NCBI GenBank assembly: GCA_028688055.1
Contig: JAQTYZ010000002.1
Span: 4,256-68,255 of the forward strand
Direction: 5' to 3'
Source: Patescibacteria group bacterium
GTDB lineage: Bacteria > Patescibacteriota > Patescibacteriia > Buchananbacterales > UBA6539
DNA: 64,000 nt
Positions 44,551 through 55,025 of the stretch are shown in pieces. A program made the position numbers and the translations under genes. The notes beneath the pieces were generated by a model. That model was not told where the DNA came from, made no database searches, and saw only the letters and a program-made list of their open reading frames with translations. Position 1 is the first letter of the stretch, and every line of letters begins with the position of its first letter.

Positions 44551-47421
44551 TTATTTTACCGTGACGGTTGGCCCGTTTACCTTGAAAGAGTAGCCGTCCT
44601 TGTCGGTAATTATTAAATATATTTGATATGAACCAGCGGCTGGTGGCGTTTGCCACTGAGATACTATTTGATTATTTAGTATTTGTCTCACCGTATTAAT
44701 CGGAGTTGCTTGATTATTAGTGCCTGAGTAATAAATCTCAACTTGATTAATGTCGTTGTTGTTTTCAACCGAACCCTTAATGGTCAGTGGGAAGTTTTTT
44801 GCCCGTAGGGTTTGATTATTAGTGGGGGACACCCAGTTAATTTTGGTGGCGTCGTTGCTAAATTGCAGCTTGATGTTAATTTCTGTCGCGGCGGTAGCGC
44901 CACTTGAATCAACAATCGTTGCCTTAAGGATGGCTTGCCCGTTGGCTATTGCTGGGCTAGTTAAATTAACATTTAGTCGGTAAGGTGCGGTTGTTATTGA
45001 ACTAATTAATTCGTCATTTAGGTAATATTGAACCCGCATGATGTTAGTTGGCGAATAGGTATTAACATCGGCGGTAAGCTGTCGGTTAGTAATTGTTTCG
45101 CCATCAGCTGGTGAGGTAAAAGTAATTGTTGGCTGGCTGGGGTTGGTGGTACCATCGTCGTATTCGGTAGGCGGATCTTGGGAGACGATGTTGTTGGCTT
45201 TTGCCCAGGCCTGAACCCCGTCTTCCCACCTTTGATATTGTTGGTCATTTAAGTCAGGGGCGGTGTTACCCTGAGGGTCAGTCTTATTAATGTAGAATAA
45301 AATGTTATGTACCTGCCGATAGGTCCGTTCTTCAACCAAGTCGTTTGGCGTCAGGTTGGTTGCTAATTTTCCGTTCAGCCGGTTTATTTTAACTGTAATA
45401 CCATTTATGATGCTGCCGTTTAAAACTGGTTTATCGGTTTGAACTGGGTCGGGTGCGGTGAAGTTTTCAATTGGAGTGTCACCTAAAACCTTGGCCATAA
45501 ATTCGTGCCAAATCGGAGCGGCCACGACACTGCCATCTGCCCCGCGTTTCATCGGTTCATTGCGCGTGTTGCCAACCCAGACTCCCGCCGCTAACGAAGG
45601 AGTAAAACCAATAGTCCAAGCGTCATGATAGTCATTGGTGGTGCCGGTTTTGGTCGCCACCGGACGATTACCCAAATTTAAATAATTGCTGGCCCCAAAG
45701 ACATAGGCCCTAGCGCCGTTATCCGACATCATCTGGTTCATTTGTCTGGCAACCTGAGTGGAAATTACTTTCTTTTCTTCCGGTTGAAATTCTTCCAGGA
45801 CGTTTCCATCCTTGTCTTCAACTTTTAGAATTACGGCTGGGGCATGCCACTCACCTTCGCGCGCGAAGGTCGCATACGCGTTGACGTGTTCAAGTAGTTT
45901 AACTTCGGCGCCACCCAAAACTAGCGATAAGCCAAAGCGACTTCGGTCGGTTAAGGTTGAATAGCCTAAGTTGTTGGCAAAGTTGATGATATTGTCGATG
46001 CCAGCTAGATAGCTAGCCTTAACCGCCGGGATATTTAATGATCCGGCCAGCGCTTTAGCCAGCGTCACTGGTCCTCGTTCTTTTAAATCATAATCACGCG
46101 GGGTATAGTCGCGGCCATCATAGTTTTTGAAGTTTGTTATAACGTCGTACAATACGGTCTGCGGGGTGAAACCTTGGTTTAGAGCCGTGGCATACACAAT
46201 TGGTTTAAATGACGATCCTGGTTGCCGTGGTCGAATCGCAACGTTAACTTGTCCGTCGATATCGTCGTTAAAAAAATCGCGCGAACCTACCATACTTAAA
46301 ACTTGCCCAGTCTTTGGGTCAATGGCAACCATGGCGGCGTTATTGGCCTGCCATGTTTTTTCATTTTTATCGGCAAAATCATTAATGGCTTGCTCGGCTA
46401 AGTTTTGTTTATACATATCTAAGGTGGTAATCACCTTAAGCCCGCCTTGTTCGACTGCCAAGTCGCCATATTTTTCGGTTAAGTACTGTTTAACGTACAT
46501 CACAAAGTGGGGGGCCACGATGGTGTCGTTACTTTTTTGGAATTTAATGGTTTCTTCACTTGCTTGCTTCGCCTGATCTTTAGTGATAAAGCCAGCGTCG
46601 GCCATACCATTTAAAATAAATTTTTGCCTGGCCAATAAATCGTCTTTATTGGGGCCGTAGGGGGAATAGTACGTTGGCGCTCTGGGGATGGCGGCCAAAA
46701 TCGCGCCCTCGGCCAAGTTGACATCTTTGATATTTTTACCAAAGTAGGTCTGCGCCGCCGCCCCGATACCATAGGCGGTTGAGCCATAAGGGATTTCGTT
46801 AAAATACATTTTTAATATTTCATCTTTGGTAAATTTTTTCTCAATTTGGTAAGAAATAATTACTTCTTTAATTTTTCGGGTAAAGGTTTTTTCCGGAGAC
46901 AGGATCGCATTTTTTACCAGTTGTTGGGTTAGGGTTGAACCGCCCTGGACTTTTCCACCCTTGATAATATCGACGATGGCTGAGCGCAGGATACCAGTTA
47001 AACTAAAACCTTGGTGCTGGTAGAAATTTTTGTCTTCCGCTGTTAGGGTGGCCTGTTTAACGTATTCTGGGATGGCGGCAAGCTCGACGACGGTTCTTTT
47101 TTCATTGCCGTGAACGTCGTAAAGAAGGGTTTCGCCCGTTCGGTCATAGATTTTGGTGCTAAGCGCAATTGAGCGGTCAATAATTCGATTGGGGTTTGGT
47201 AAATCTTTAGCGATCCAAGCTAACAAAATAATGCTAAAAATTCCACCCCCGGCCACGAGTATTGCTAAAGCGATTAAAGCACGCTTAGCAGTATTGGCTG
47301 GCAGTTTGAACTTGGGTTTTTTGGGGCGGCCTGACATTATTGGCAAGCGTCGTTTATTGGCGTGATTGTTGCGCCACGATTGTGGCGACGATGTTTTGAC
47401 TAATAGTCCGGGTATTGGCAT
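44551..47421 (-). CDS. Class A penicillin-binding protein (PBP1A family) with C-terminal Ig-like domains
   Basis: EDKNFYQH, GGSTLTQQLVKN, RKIKE, SSFK, SLN, KTGT; two Ig-like repeats at the C-terminus. Confidence 0.95.
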   Translation of the reverse strand: MPIPGLLVKTSSPQSWRNNHANKRRLPIMSGRPKKPKFKLPANTAKRALIALAILVAGGGIFSIILLAWIAKDLPNPNRIIDRSIALSTKIYDRTGETLLYDVHGNEKRTVVELAAIPEYVKQATLTAEDKNFYQHQGFSLTGILRSAIVDIIKGGKVQGGSTLTQQLVKNAILSPEKTFTRKIKEVIISYQIEKKFTKDEILKMYFNEIPYGSTAYGIGAAAQTYFGKNIKDVNLAEGAILAAIPRAPTYYSPYGPNKDDLLARQKFILNGMADAGFITKDQAKQASEETIKFQKSNDTIVAPHFVMYVKQYLTEKYGDLAVEQGGLKVITTLDMYKQNLAEQAINDFADKNEKTWQANNAAMVAIDPKTGQVLSMVGSRDFFNDDIDGQVNVAIRPRQPGSSFKPIVYATALNQGFTPQTVLYDVITNFKNYDGRDYTPRDYDLKERGPVTLAKALAGSLNIPAVKASYLAGIDNIINFANNLGYSTLTDRSRFGLSLVLGGAEVKLLEHVNAYATFAREGEWHAPAVILKVEDKDGNVLEEFQPEEKKVISTQVARQMNQMMSDNGARAYVFGASNYLNLGNRPVATKTGTTNDYHDAWTIGFTPSLAAGVWVGNTRNEPMKRGADGSVVAAPIWHEFMAKVLGDTPIENFTAPDPVQTDKPVLNGSIINGITVKINRLNGKLATNLTPNDLVEERTYRQVHNILFYINKTDPQGNTAPDLNDQQYQRWEDGVQAWAKANNIVSQDPPTEYDDGTTNPSQPTITFTSPADGETITNRQLTADVNTYSPTNIMRVQYYLNDELISSITTAPYRLNVNLTSPAIANGQAILKATIVDSSGATAATEINIKLQFSNDATKINWVSPTNNQTLRAKNFPLTIKGSVENNNDINQVEIYYSGTNNQATPINTVRQILNNQIVSQWQTPPAAGSYQIYLIITDKDGYSFKVNGPTVTVK

Positions 47422-47453
47422 AGGTTGGTATTATTTTGAAGACAGCGAAGACA

Positions 47454-48014
47454 TTAACTAACTTTTTTTATGAACACTTTAAAATTTTTAGCAAGCTGGT
47501 GGGCTGCGAAGTTCATATCAAAATGATGGACTGGCAGTTGATATTCTAAGGCTAATTGTTCCTGTTGCTGCGGAAATGGACGATCAAATTTCTCCCCCAA
47601 ATATTCTGGGGATGGGTATAACCTATTTCTAGTTTTAACATTTTTTGCTCTCAATAGTGCGCGTTTGATGCAGACGTCCTTAACGAGCTCGCAGAGTACG
47701 ATCTCAACTTTTTTTAGCCGATTAATTTCAGCAAGTCGTGATATCACCAGCTCTGCGTAATTTGTCCCATATTCAACAATAATATCTCCAGTTGTCGAGG
47801 CCAGGTCGTTCAGTAACCCCTCATTCGCCAAACGTTTTTGCTCGTCGGTTAAGTTTCCGTTTTTATCTTTGTACTTTTCAATATAATCAAAGATGTCAAA
47901 AATTTTTAATTTTGGATTTTCTTTAACGATCGATTGGATCATCGTAGATTTTCCGCAACCCGGAAACCCAAACGTGGCGACTAGTAATGGTTTTTTGGTA
48001 TTATTTAAAGTCAT
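47454..48014 (-). CDS. P-loop nucleotide-kinase-like protein
   Basis: GFPGCGKST Walker A, IIVE, C..R...R lid. Confidence 0.7.
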   Translation of the reverse strand: MTLNNTKKPLLVATFGFPGCGKSTMIQSIVKENPKLKIFDIFDYIEKYKDKNGNLTDEQKRLANEGLLNDLASTTGDIIVEYGTNYAELVISRLAEINRLKKVEIVLCELVKDVCIKRALLRAKNVKTRNRLYPSPEYLGEKFDRPFPQQQEQLALEYQLPVHHFDMNFAAHQLAKNFKVFIKKVS

Positions 48015-48952
48015 TATTTTCGATAAAATTTAGCCGCTTCTTCGGGCGGAATCGGGTTAATAATCAACCCCGAGCCGATTTCGACGCCCGCCCAAACACT
48101 GCCGCGCGGTGTCACCTTCATGTAAAAATGTTGATCACGGTCATGAATGACTTGATGGAAGTAGTAGTTGTAAGGCAGATCAAGGTCGTTAATTTTGCCT
48201 AAGATTGATTTTAAAATTTTGGCGAAACTTACCCTTTCCTTGGCCGTCAGCAAACTGATGTTATCAACGTGCCGTTTAGGCATAATCCAAATTTCGTAGT
48301 TATGCAGTGACGCCCAGGGGCAAAAGGCAATGATGTTTTTATCCTCGGCAACGAGTCGGGGACTCTTTCTTTCCTTGCCAATCACATGGCAATAAACGCA
48401 GTCGCCGTACTTGAGGCGATGGTCCTGCATTTTTTGTGATTTGTCTTCCAGATGGGGCGGTAGGAATTGGGTGGCGAAAATTTGCGAGTGAGCGTGCTGC
48501 AGCGAGGCCCCGGCCGCGCCGCCGTTATTTTTAAAAATTAAAATGTAATTTATTTTTTTGTCTTTGGAAATGGCACTGGTTCGCTCGGCATAAACATTTA
48601 AGATTTCCGCAATTCTCGCCACCGGCAGCTCTTCAATTTCTTTGAGGTGGTCGGGGGTTTCAACAACAACCTCTTGGCGGCCATAAGCCTTCGGATTTGA
48701 CACGCTCACGGACGGGAAGCGGTTTTTTATAACCGCAATGGCCCACGGCTCATTAGCCTCAACGGTTTTTTTATCCAACTTAACAATTGTCCCGGCGCGC
48801 TGAATTTTTCCGGGACAAAAAATGCACTGCTCTTTTTTGGGCGGCGTAACACGGATTGGTTTTTCAATATCATGCGGTCGCCGCCCGCGGCGTGGCGCGA
48901 TGATGACGTATTTATCTTGGATATAATCTTTTCTCAGTTCGGATTTTTTCAT
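48014..48952 (-). CDS. galT: Galactose-1-phosphate uridylyltransferase family
   Basis: SELRKD, R.RRP, CIFCPG, N.FP, FKN.G..AGASL.HAHSQ. Confidence 0.9.
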   Translation of the reverse strand: MKKSELRKDYIQDKYVIIAPRRGRRPHDIEKPIRVTPPKKEQCIFCPGKIQRAGTIVKLDKKTVEANEPWAIAVIKNRFPSVSVSNPKAYGRQEVVVETPDHLKEIEELPVARIAEILNVYAERTSAISKDKKINYILIFKNNGGAAGASLQHAHSQIFATQFLPPHLEDKSQKMQDHRLKYGDCVYCHVIGKERKSPRLVAEDKNIIAFCPWASLHNYEIWIMPKRHVDNISLLTAKERVSFAKILKSILGKINDLDLPYNYYFHQVIHDRDQHFYMKVTPRGSVWAGVEIGSGLIINPIPPEEAAKFYRK

Positions 48953-48992
48953 TTATTTGGTGATGTTATATTATTTTACCACGTTCTAACCA

Positions 48993-49496
48993 TTAATTCT
49001 TGGGATTAAGTTGATGGGCACAGCAGATTGCTGCCGCTAACGCATCAGCCGCGTCATCAGACTTTGGCGGTGTTGGTAAGTCTAAAACGATTTTTACCAT
49101 CTGTTGTATTTGTTTTTTATCGGCTTGACCATAGCTAGTCAGGGCCAGTTTGATCTGAATTGGGGTATACTCTTTAACATCAAGTTTTCGCTTGCCGGCC
49201 ACTACCATGACCACACCTCGAGCCTGGCTGACAATCATCGCGGTTTTAACATTTTTTGAAAAAAATAATTTTTCCACCACCATAACGGTTGGGCGGTATT
49301 TAACGATTAGGTGATCAAGCGAATTATAGATGTCCAAAAGTCGATCTTCGGTGGGTACTCCCGCTTTGGTTTTAATCGAACCATAGTCGATTACTGATAG
49401 TTTTGGGCCTTCTTTTTTAATTAAACCGAAGCCGGTGTCAGCGATGCCAGGGTCAACCCCTAAAATAATTATGGATTTTTTTTTAGATGTCGGCAT
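48993..49496 (-). CDS. ruvC: Holliday junction resolvase RuvC
   Basis: ILGVDPG...GFG, VE.LFF.KN, ARGV, DDAADALA. Confidence 0.97.
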   Translation of the reverse strand: MPTSKKKSIIILGVDPGIADTGFGLIKKEGPKLSVIDYGSIKTKAGVPTEDRLLDIYNSLDHLIVKYRPTVMVVEKLFFSKNVKTAMIVSQARGVVMVVAGKRKLDVKEYTPIQIKLALTSYGQADKKQIQQMVKIVLDLPTPPKSDDAADALAAAICCAHQLNPKN

Positions 49497-50193
49497 TAGT
49501 ATAATAGTTGTTTACGTCCTCGTCGTCTTCAAGTTCGTTGAAAAGTTTTTCCACCCTTGCTTGCCCGGCGGTGCTAATCGTTTTCTTTTCTTTTGGTACT
49601 TGCTCAATTTCGGCATAATCAGTGGTAATATGTTTTTGGGTTAAAAAGTCAGTGACTTTTTTTAAGTTGTTTGACTGGCAGTAGATCGTTACACCGCCAT
49701 CCTCAGACATGATATCGTCGGCGCCGGCATCAATTAGCTCAAGCTCCAGCTCAGGATTAATATTTTTTATTCTGATCACGCCTTTTATTTCAAACATCCA
49801 AGACACGCTGCTTGGCCCACCCAAGTTGCCGTCATATTTTGACAAGAGGTGTTTAATGTTAGCGCTGGTTCGGTTTCGATTATCGGTTAAGCACTCAATA
49901 ATGAAGGCCGTGTTCTCCGGACCAAAACCTTCGTAAGTTGTTTCTTCTATTTTGCCGCCGTCTAATTCGCCGGTGCCGCGTTTAACGGCTCGCTCAATAT
50001 TGTCTTTTGGCATATTGGCTTCCTTGGCTTTATCCACGGCCAGTCTTAGTTGATAATTGGCCTCTACGTCGCTGCCACCCAACCTCGCTGCCACTGATAT
50101 ATTTTTTGCCAATTTAGTAAAAACCGCCCCGCGCTTGGCGTCGGTGACGCTTTTTTGACGATGCGTTGTTGCCCACTTACTGTGTCCTGACAT
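49483..50193 (-). CDS. yebC: YebC/PmpR family protein
   Basis: MSGHSKWA, NMPKDNIERA, YEGFGP, TDNRNRT. Confidence 0.96.
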   Translation of the reverse strand: MSGHSKWATTHRQKSVTDAKRGAVFTKLAKNISVAARLGGSDVEANYQLRLAVDKAKEANMPKDNIERAVKRGTGELDGGKIEETTYEGFGPENTAFIIECLTDNRNRTSANIKHLLSKYDGNLGGPSSVSWMFEIKGVIRIKNINPELELELIDAGADDIMSEDGGVTIYCQSNNLKKVTDFLTQKHITTDYAEIEQVPKEKKTISTAGQARVEKLFNELEDDEDVNNYYTNADI

Positions 50194-50297
50194 AAAGCTA
50201 TAAATGTCTTAATCAATTATGACTTGATTTTAGCATTTTTTAACCCTTTTTTCAATGGTCGCCACCGGCAATTTGTGTTATAATTAATTCATAATTA

Positions 50298-51392
50298 ATG
50301 ATAATTTTTCATCGTATGATTATTTTGGATGATTTAAAAAAGATTAAACGACAAGATCCGGGGCATGTTTTAGCGTCGGCTGATTTATTTGGTCAGCAAC
50401 TTAATCAGGCCTGGACGGAATTTAAAAAAGTTAAGCTGCCTGCTAACTTTAAACAAATTGATAAAATTGTCGTCAACGGTATGGGCGGTTCGGCGCTAGG
50501 GACTCATGTTTTGCAGTCGGTTTTTTTCTCTGATCTCAAAATTCCAATCGAATTAGTTAACGGTTATCAGGTGCCGGGTAATGTTAATGATAAGACTTTG
50601 TATATTATGTCGAGCTATTCGGGTACCACCGAAGAACCCATCTCGACTTATACTGAGGTTAAAAGGCGTGGGGCTAAAATTTTTGGTATTGCCAGCGGTG
50701 GCGTTTTAGCCAGCTGGATTAAACAGGGCAAAATCGCCGGGTTTATTTATGAGCCGAAATTTAATCCATCGGGGCAGCCGCGGATGAGCCTGGGATATTC
50801 GTTTGGGGCACAGCTTGGCTTGCTTAAAAAATTAAATTTAATCAAACTTTCCGCCGCCGAGATTGCCAATTATCTTAAACAAATCGACGGCTTTAAAAGA
50901 AAATTTGGCGCTGATAAGCCGGCTCAAGCTAACGCCGCTAAAAAACTAGCCTTACAGCTTAAGGGTCGGCTGCCGGTTGTAATCGCGGCCGAATTTTTGG
51001 CCGGTAACGCTCACGTGTTTGCCAACCAGTTGAATGAGAATGCCAAAACTTTTGTTAGTTATTTTTTATTGCCGGAGTTAAACCATCATTTAATCGAGGG
51101 GTTACGTTTTCCCAAATCCAACCCGGCTAATTTAGCTTTTGTTTTTTTGGAGTCTCGCTTATTTAATCAGCGAATCATTACTCGCTATAGCATTACTAAA
51201 AAAATTGTCACCAAGCATCATTTGAAAGTTGAGTCCTATTCGGCCACTGCCAGCGATAAACTAGGGCAAGTCTTTGAAGTCTTAGTCTTTGGCAGCTACG
51301 TCAGTTTTTACCTGGCCATTTTAAATGGTTTAAACCCATCGTTAATCCCGTGGGTTGATTTCCTCAAGAGTGAGCTGAAAAAAGTTAAGTAG
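50298..51392 (+). CDS. Bifunctional phosphoglucose/phosphomannose isomerase (SIS)
   Basis: GMGGSA, SSYSGTTEE, QPR, NENAK, PELNHH; start may be 50316. Confidence 0.92.
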   Translation: MIIFHRMIILDDLKKIKRQDPGHVLASADLFGQQLNQAWTEFKKVKLPANFKQIDKIVVNGMGGSALGTHVLQSVFFSDLKIPIELVNGYQVPGNVNDKTLYIMSSYSGTTEEPISTYTEVKRRGAKIFGIASGGVLASWIKQGKIAGFIYEPKFNPSGQPRMSLGYSFGAQLGLLKKLNLIKLSAAEIANYLKQIDGFKRKFGADKPAQANAAKKLALQLKGRLPVVIAAEFLAGNAHVFANQLNENAKTFVSYFLLPELNHHLIEGLRFPKSNPANLAFVFLESRLFNQRIITRYSITKKIVTKHHLKVESYSATASDKLGQVFEVLVFGSYVSFYLAILNGLNPSLIPWVDFLKSELKKVK

Positions 51393-51394
51393 TT

Positions 51395-52954
51395 ATGCGG
51401 CTTATTAATCGAATCGCAAATTATTTTAGTAACCAGCCTTGGCGTCAGTCGATCTTGCTTTTCGTTTTAGCCGTTTCGTTGTTTGGCTTTCTTCACTCCG
51501 ACCCGACGTTTGCCGACCCGGACTCTTTTTATCATGCCAAAATGGCCGTCTTACTTAGTCAACGCGGTGCGGTAACGGAATTTCCTTGGCTGTCGGCCAC
51601 TAACTTGAAATATAGCTTTACTGATCATCATTTTTTGTATCATTTTATTTTAGTGCCGTTGGTGTTGTTGTTTCCGCCGCTAATCGGCTTGAAAATTTTT
51701 ACCGTCATCGCCGCGACGTTAGCGATCCTCGGATTTTTTTGGCTGTTGCGCTACCTTAAAATTCAGGGCGCATTTTGGTATGCGGTTTTTCTGTTAACCA
51801 TTAATCCGTTTATCTTTCGTTTAGCCTTAGCTAAAGCACAACCCCTGGTTTTTATTTTTTTATTTTTATTTTTGTATTTATTGTTTTCGCGCCGTTATCT
51901 TTGGTTGATTTTTGTCTCCTGTCTTTATGTCTGGCTTTATGCCGGCTGGACCTTGCTGCTTTTACTCGTTGGTCTCTATTGGTTTTTGGCGATGATTTGG
52001 CTAGTTAAAGAAAAAAATTGGAGCGTCGTTGTTAACAAAAGGACCAAAGCGCTTTGGCAAGTTTTTGGCTTGGTGTTTTGCGTTGGCCTAGGCTTGGCCG
52101 CGGGAATTTTTTTCAGCCCCTATTTTCCGCGTAATTTATTTTTTTACTGGGATCAATCTTTCAAAATTGCGGTGGTCAATTATCAGTATATCATTGGGGT
52201 TGGCGCTGAGTGGTACCCTTACGGCTTGGGGGAGTTATTTTTTTCCGCCGTGCCGTTTTTTATTATTTACTTGGTCGGTTTAGTCGTTTGGGTGGCGACT
52301 TACCGGCAGCAGTCGATGAATAGTTGGTATTTTTTCCTTTTAAGTTTTGGGTTTTTTGGTCTGACGTTAAAGTCGCGGCGCTATGTTGAATATTTTATTC
52401 CGTTTGCTCTCAGCTTTTCCGTGATCAGTATTAATGTTGTTATGCCTGAGCTTAAACGTCGGCTCGGAAAGCAGTTGCCCCGTAAGCTGATTTTAGTTTT
52501 ACCGTTACTTCTAATTTTAGCCATTTCCCCGGTCATTTTCCGTGACCTGAAGTCAGTTAAAGATTCTTATGCCCGAGGGTTTAAATTTGATAAGTTCGCC
52601 GCGCCCAGTCGTTGGCTAGTGGAGAATTCACTGGCGGGCGATATTGTTTTCCATTCTGATTGGGACGAATTTCCGCTTTTATTTTATAACAATGACCACA
52701 ATTTTTATTTAGTCGGACTCGACCCAACTTTTATGTACGAGTATGACCATGAATTGTATCGTCAGTGGGTTGGCATAACCACCGGTCAGGTTAGCACTAA
52801 TTTATATCAGACTATTAAGGAGTTGTTTGGGGCAAAGTATGTCTTGGTTGATATTAATCAAAATAAAAAGTTCGACCAAAATCTTAAAGCCGATGGCGGC
52901 TTTAACGAAGTTTTTTCCAGTCCGGAAGCCAAAATTTATCGGCTCGCCGATTAG
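51395..52954 (+). CDS. Polytopic membrane protein, probable GT-C glycosyltransferase
   Basis: DPDSFYHAKMA loop, many TMs, SRRYVEY, WDEFP, GLDPTF. Confidence 0.65.
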   Translation: MRLINRIANYFSNQPWRQSILLFVLAVSLFGFLHSDPTFADPDSFYHAKMAVLLSQRGAVTEFPWLSATNLKYSFTDHHFLYHFILVPLVLLFPPLIGLKIFTVIAATLAILGFFWLLRYLKIQGAFWYAVFLLTINPFIFRLALAKAQPLVFIFLFLFLYLLFSRRYLWLIFVSCLYVWLYAGWTLLLLLVGLYWFLAMIWLVKEKNWSVVVNKRTKALWQVFGLVFCVGLGLAAGIFFSPYFPRNLFFYWDQSFKIAVVNYQYIIGVGAEWYPYGLGELFFSAVPFFIIYLVGLVVWVATYRQQSMNSWYFFLLSFGFFGLTLKSRRYVEYFIPFALSFSVISINVVMPELKRRLGKQLPRKLILVLPLLLILAISPVIFRDLKSVKDSYARGFKFDKFAAPSRWLVENSLAGDIVFHSDWDEFPLLFYNNDHNFYLVGLDPTFMYEYDHELYRQWVGITTGQVSTNLYQTIKELFGAKYVLVDINQNKKFDQNLKADGGFNEVFSSPEAKIYRLAD

Positions 52955-52955
52955 T

Positions 52956-54308
52956 ATGAAATTTTTTTTTAATCAAACCAGGCGGTTAAACTCGTTTGGC
53001 CTTTTTTTATTTGTTATTTTTTCTTTATTATCTGCCGCGGTTAGCTATTTTGATTTTCAAAATAGTTGGTATCTGACCACTATTTATTTATTATTTTTAG
53101 CGTACGTCGTCTATTTTATTTTTTGTCAGGCTTTTTTAAATGTTGATCTTAGTCAGTTAACTTTGAAGTGGCCAATTTTTATCACCATCTCAATTTTAGC
53201 GACCCTCTTAATGATGATGCCGGGCTACGGTAACGATTTTTATCATTACGTCGCTGAAGATTTAATTTTAGTTAAATATCACCTCAACCCTTATCTGGTT
53301 AGTCCCAGCCAATTGCCTTTTGAGCCGGCGACTTGGTTAAGTTTTTGGCGGGACTTGCCAGCGCAACATGGACCTTGGCGAATTATTTTAACTCTGCCCG
53401 CCGCCGTTGTCACGGCCTCAAATTTTGTTGCGGGTATTATTAGCTACAAAATAATAACGGCGGGATTTTTTTTGGCAACGGCGGTTGTTTTTTATAAGTT
53501 GCTCATTATTTTAAATATTGCCGAGGCCAAACGGGGACTACTACTTCTACTGTGGAACCCTTTAATGTTATTTGGGACTTTTGCCGGCGGTGGGACTGAT
53601 ATCTTAATGACCTTTTGGTTATTGTTATCATTATATTTTGCGGCGAAGCATAAATGGCTACCTTCAATTGCCGCTATTTCAATTTCGATTTTAGTTAAGT
53701 ATGTCACCATCTTAATTTTGCCTTTATTGATGATGTTCTTTATTTCCACGGCCTTGGGGGCAGCTAAAAAAATATATTTTTTACTCAAACAAACGCTGGT
53801 TTTTACCGTTATCGTCGGTGTTTCTTTTTATCCTTTTTGGGCCGGCTTTAAAATTTTTGCCGGCTTACTCTGGGTGTCACACTTTTTTGACCTTAGTTCG
53901 TTCCCCGGCTTTATTGGCTCGGTGCTGCTACTTGTGGATCCAAATTTTGAGCCCTACTCGCTTAAGCTGCCGTTTGAATTAATTTTTATTGCTATTTATT
54001 TTTTTATTTTGTTAAAGTTTTTTTTGATCCCAGAAAAAAAAATCCAAAATTTAGTTGGTTATTCAGCCCTCATTATTGGTGTCTTTCTGATCTTAGGAAA
54101 ATTTTGGTTTTATCCGAAGTACTTAATTTGGCTGTTACCGTTGTTGCTTTTGAGTGGCAAAAAGTTTTATTGGTTGGCCATTTTTTTAAGCGGTCTAATT
54201 GTTGGGTCGCCTTTCCCTTCGGTGCCATTGCCAGTTTTTTTTATTGTTCCCAGTTTGGTTTTTGGGGTTTACTTTTATCTTAAGGATTTAGCCGGTTTTG
54301 AGATATGA
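52956..54308 (+). CDS. Polyprenol-phosphate-sugar-dependent glycosyltransferase (GT87/MptA-like)
   Basis: NDFYHY, NPY..P, HGP, WNPL, K, YP.YLIW; true start ATG 52956. Confidence 0.75.
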   Translation: MKFFFNQTRRLNSFGLFLFVIFSLLSAAVSYFDFQNSWYLTTIYLLFLAYVVYFIFCQAFLNVDLSQLTLKWPIFITISILATLLMMMPGYGNDFYHYVAEDLILVKYHLNPYLVSPSQLPFEPATWLSFWRDLPAQHGPWRIILTLPAAVVTASNFVAGIISYKIITAGFFLATAVVFYKLLIILNIAEAKRGLLLLLWNPLMLFGTFAGGGTDILMTFWLLLSLYFAAKHKWLPSIAAISISILVKYVTILILPLLMMFFISTALGAAKKIYFLLKQTLVFTVIVGVSFYPFWAGFKIFAGLLWVSHFFDLSSFPGFIGSVLLLVDPNFEPYSLKLPFELIFIAIYFFILLKFFLIPEKKIQNLVGYSALIIGVFLILGKFWFYPKYLIWLLPLLLLSGKKFYWLAIFLSGLIVGSPFPSVPLPVFFIVPSLVFGVYFYLKDLAGFEI

Positions 54309-55024
54309 CCAAAATTTTAATTGTTATTCCGGCCTACAATGAAGAAAAAATTTTAGCCACCAATGTTTTGACGCTTTTTAATTATTGTCAAAAAAATATC
54401 GTTGACGACTGGGAGATTGTCATTGCCAACAATCTATCAACAGATTGTACTGCCACCATTGCCAAATCCTTAGCCGACAAATTGCCTCACGTTAGCTCCA
54501 TTACTATTAATACTAAAGGTAAGGGCGTCGCTATTGCGGGTGGCTGGAACTCGGTTGCGGCGGACGTTTATTGTTTTATGGATGCTGACTTGGCAACTGA
54601 CTTGTCAGCCTTGCCGTCCTTAATTGCCGGGATAAAAAGCGGGTATGATTTGGTGGTTGGCAGTCGTTATGTTGAAGGCGCGCAAGTCTCCCGTACCCTG
54701 GCTAGACGAATTTTTTCTTTTGGCTATCGGCTGGTTTTGCAGCTGTTGCTCGGAACAAAAATAAAAGACTTGCCTTGTGGCTTTAAGGCGATTAATAGTA
54801 AGATAAAAGAGTCAATTTTGCCACTGCTTCACAATCAAGGCTGGTTTTTTGATACCGAATTAGTTATCGTTTCAGAAAAGCTGGGCTTTAAGATTAAGGA
54901 AATTCCGGTGACCTGGTTTGAACCGCGTGGTCCGGCCGATAAAAGCCGGGTTAATTTATTGGCAGTAGCCTGGTCGTATCTTCAGGAAGTGATTTGGTTG
55001 CGGTCAAGATTAAAAAAAATGTAG
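54305..55024 (+). CDS. GT2 dolichyl/polyprenyl-phosphate glucosyltransferase-like
   Basis: VIPAYNEE, GKG.A, MDADLA, GSR, D.PCGFK, WFFDTE. Confidence 0.9.
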   Translation: MTKILIVIPAYNEEKILATNVLTLFNYCQKNIVDDWEIVIANNLSTDCTATIAKSLADKLPHVSSITINTKGKGVAIAGGWNSVAADVYCFMDADLATDLSALPSLIAGIKSGYDLVVGSRYVEGAQVSRTLARRIFSFGYRLVLQLLLGTKIKDLPCGFKAINSKIKESILPLLHNQGWFFDTELVIVSEKLGFKIKEIPVTWFEPRGPADKSRVNLLAVAWSYLQEVIWLRSRLKKM

Positions 55025-55025
55025 T

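Noticed and set aside
52827-52955. N-terminal extension of the GT87-like gene
   Set aside because: It overlaps the upstream gene; ATG 52956 directly follows its stop.
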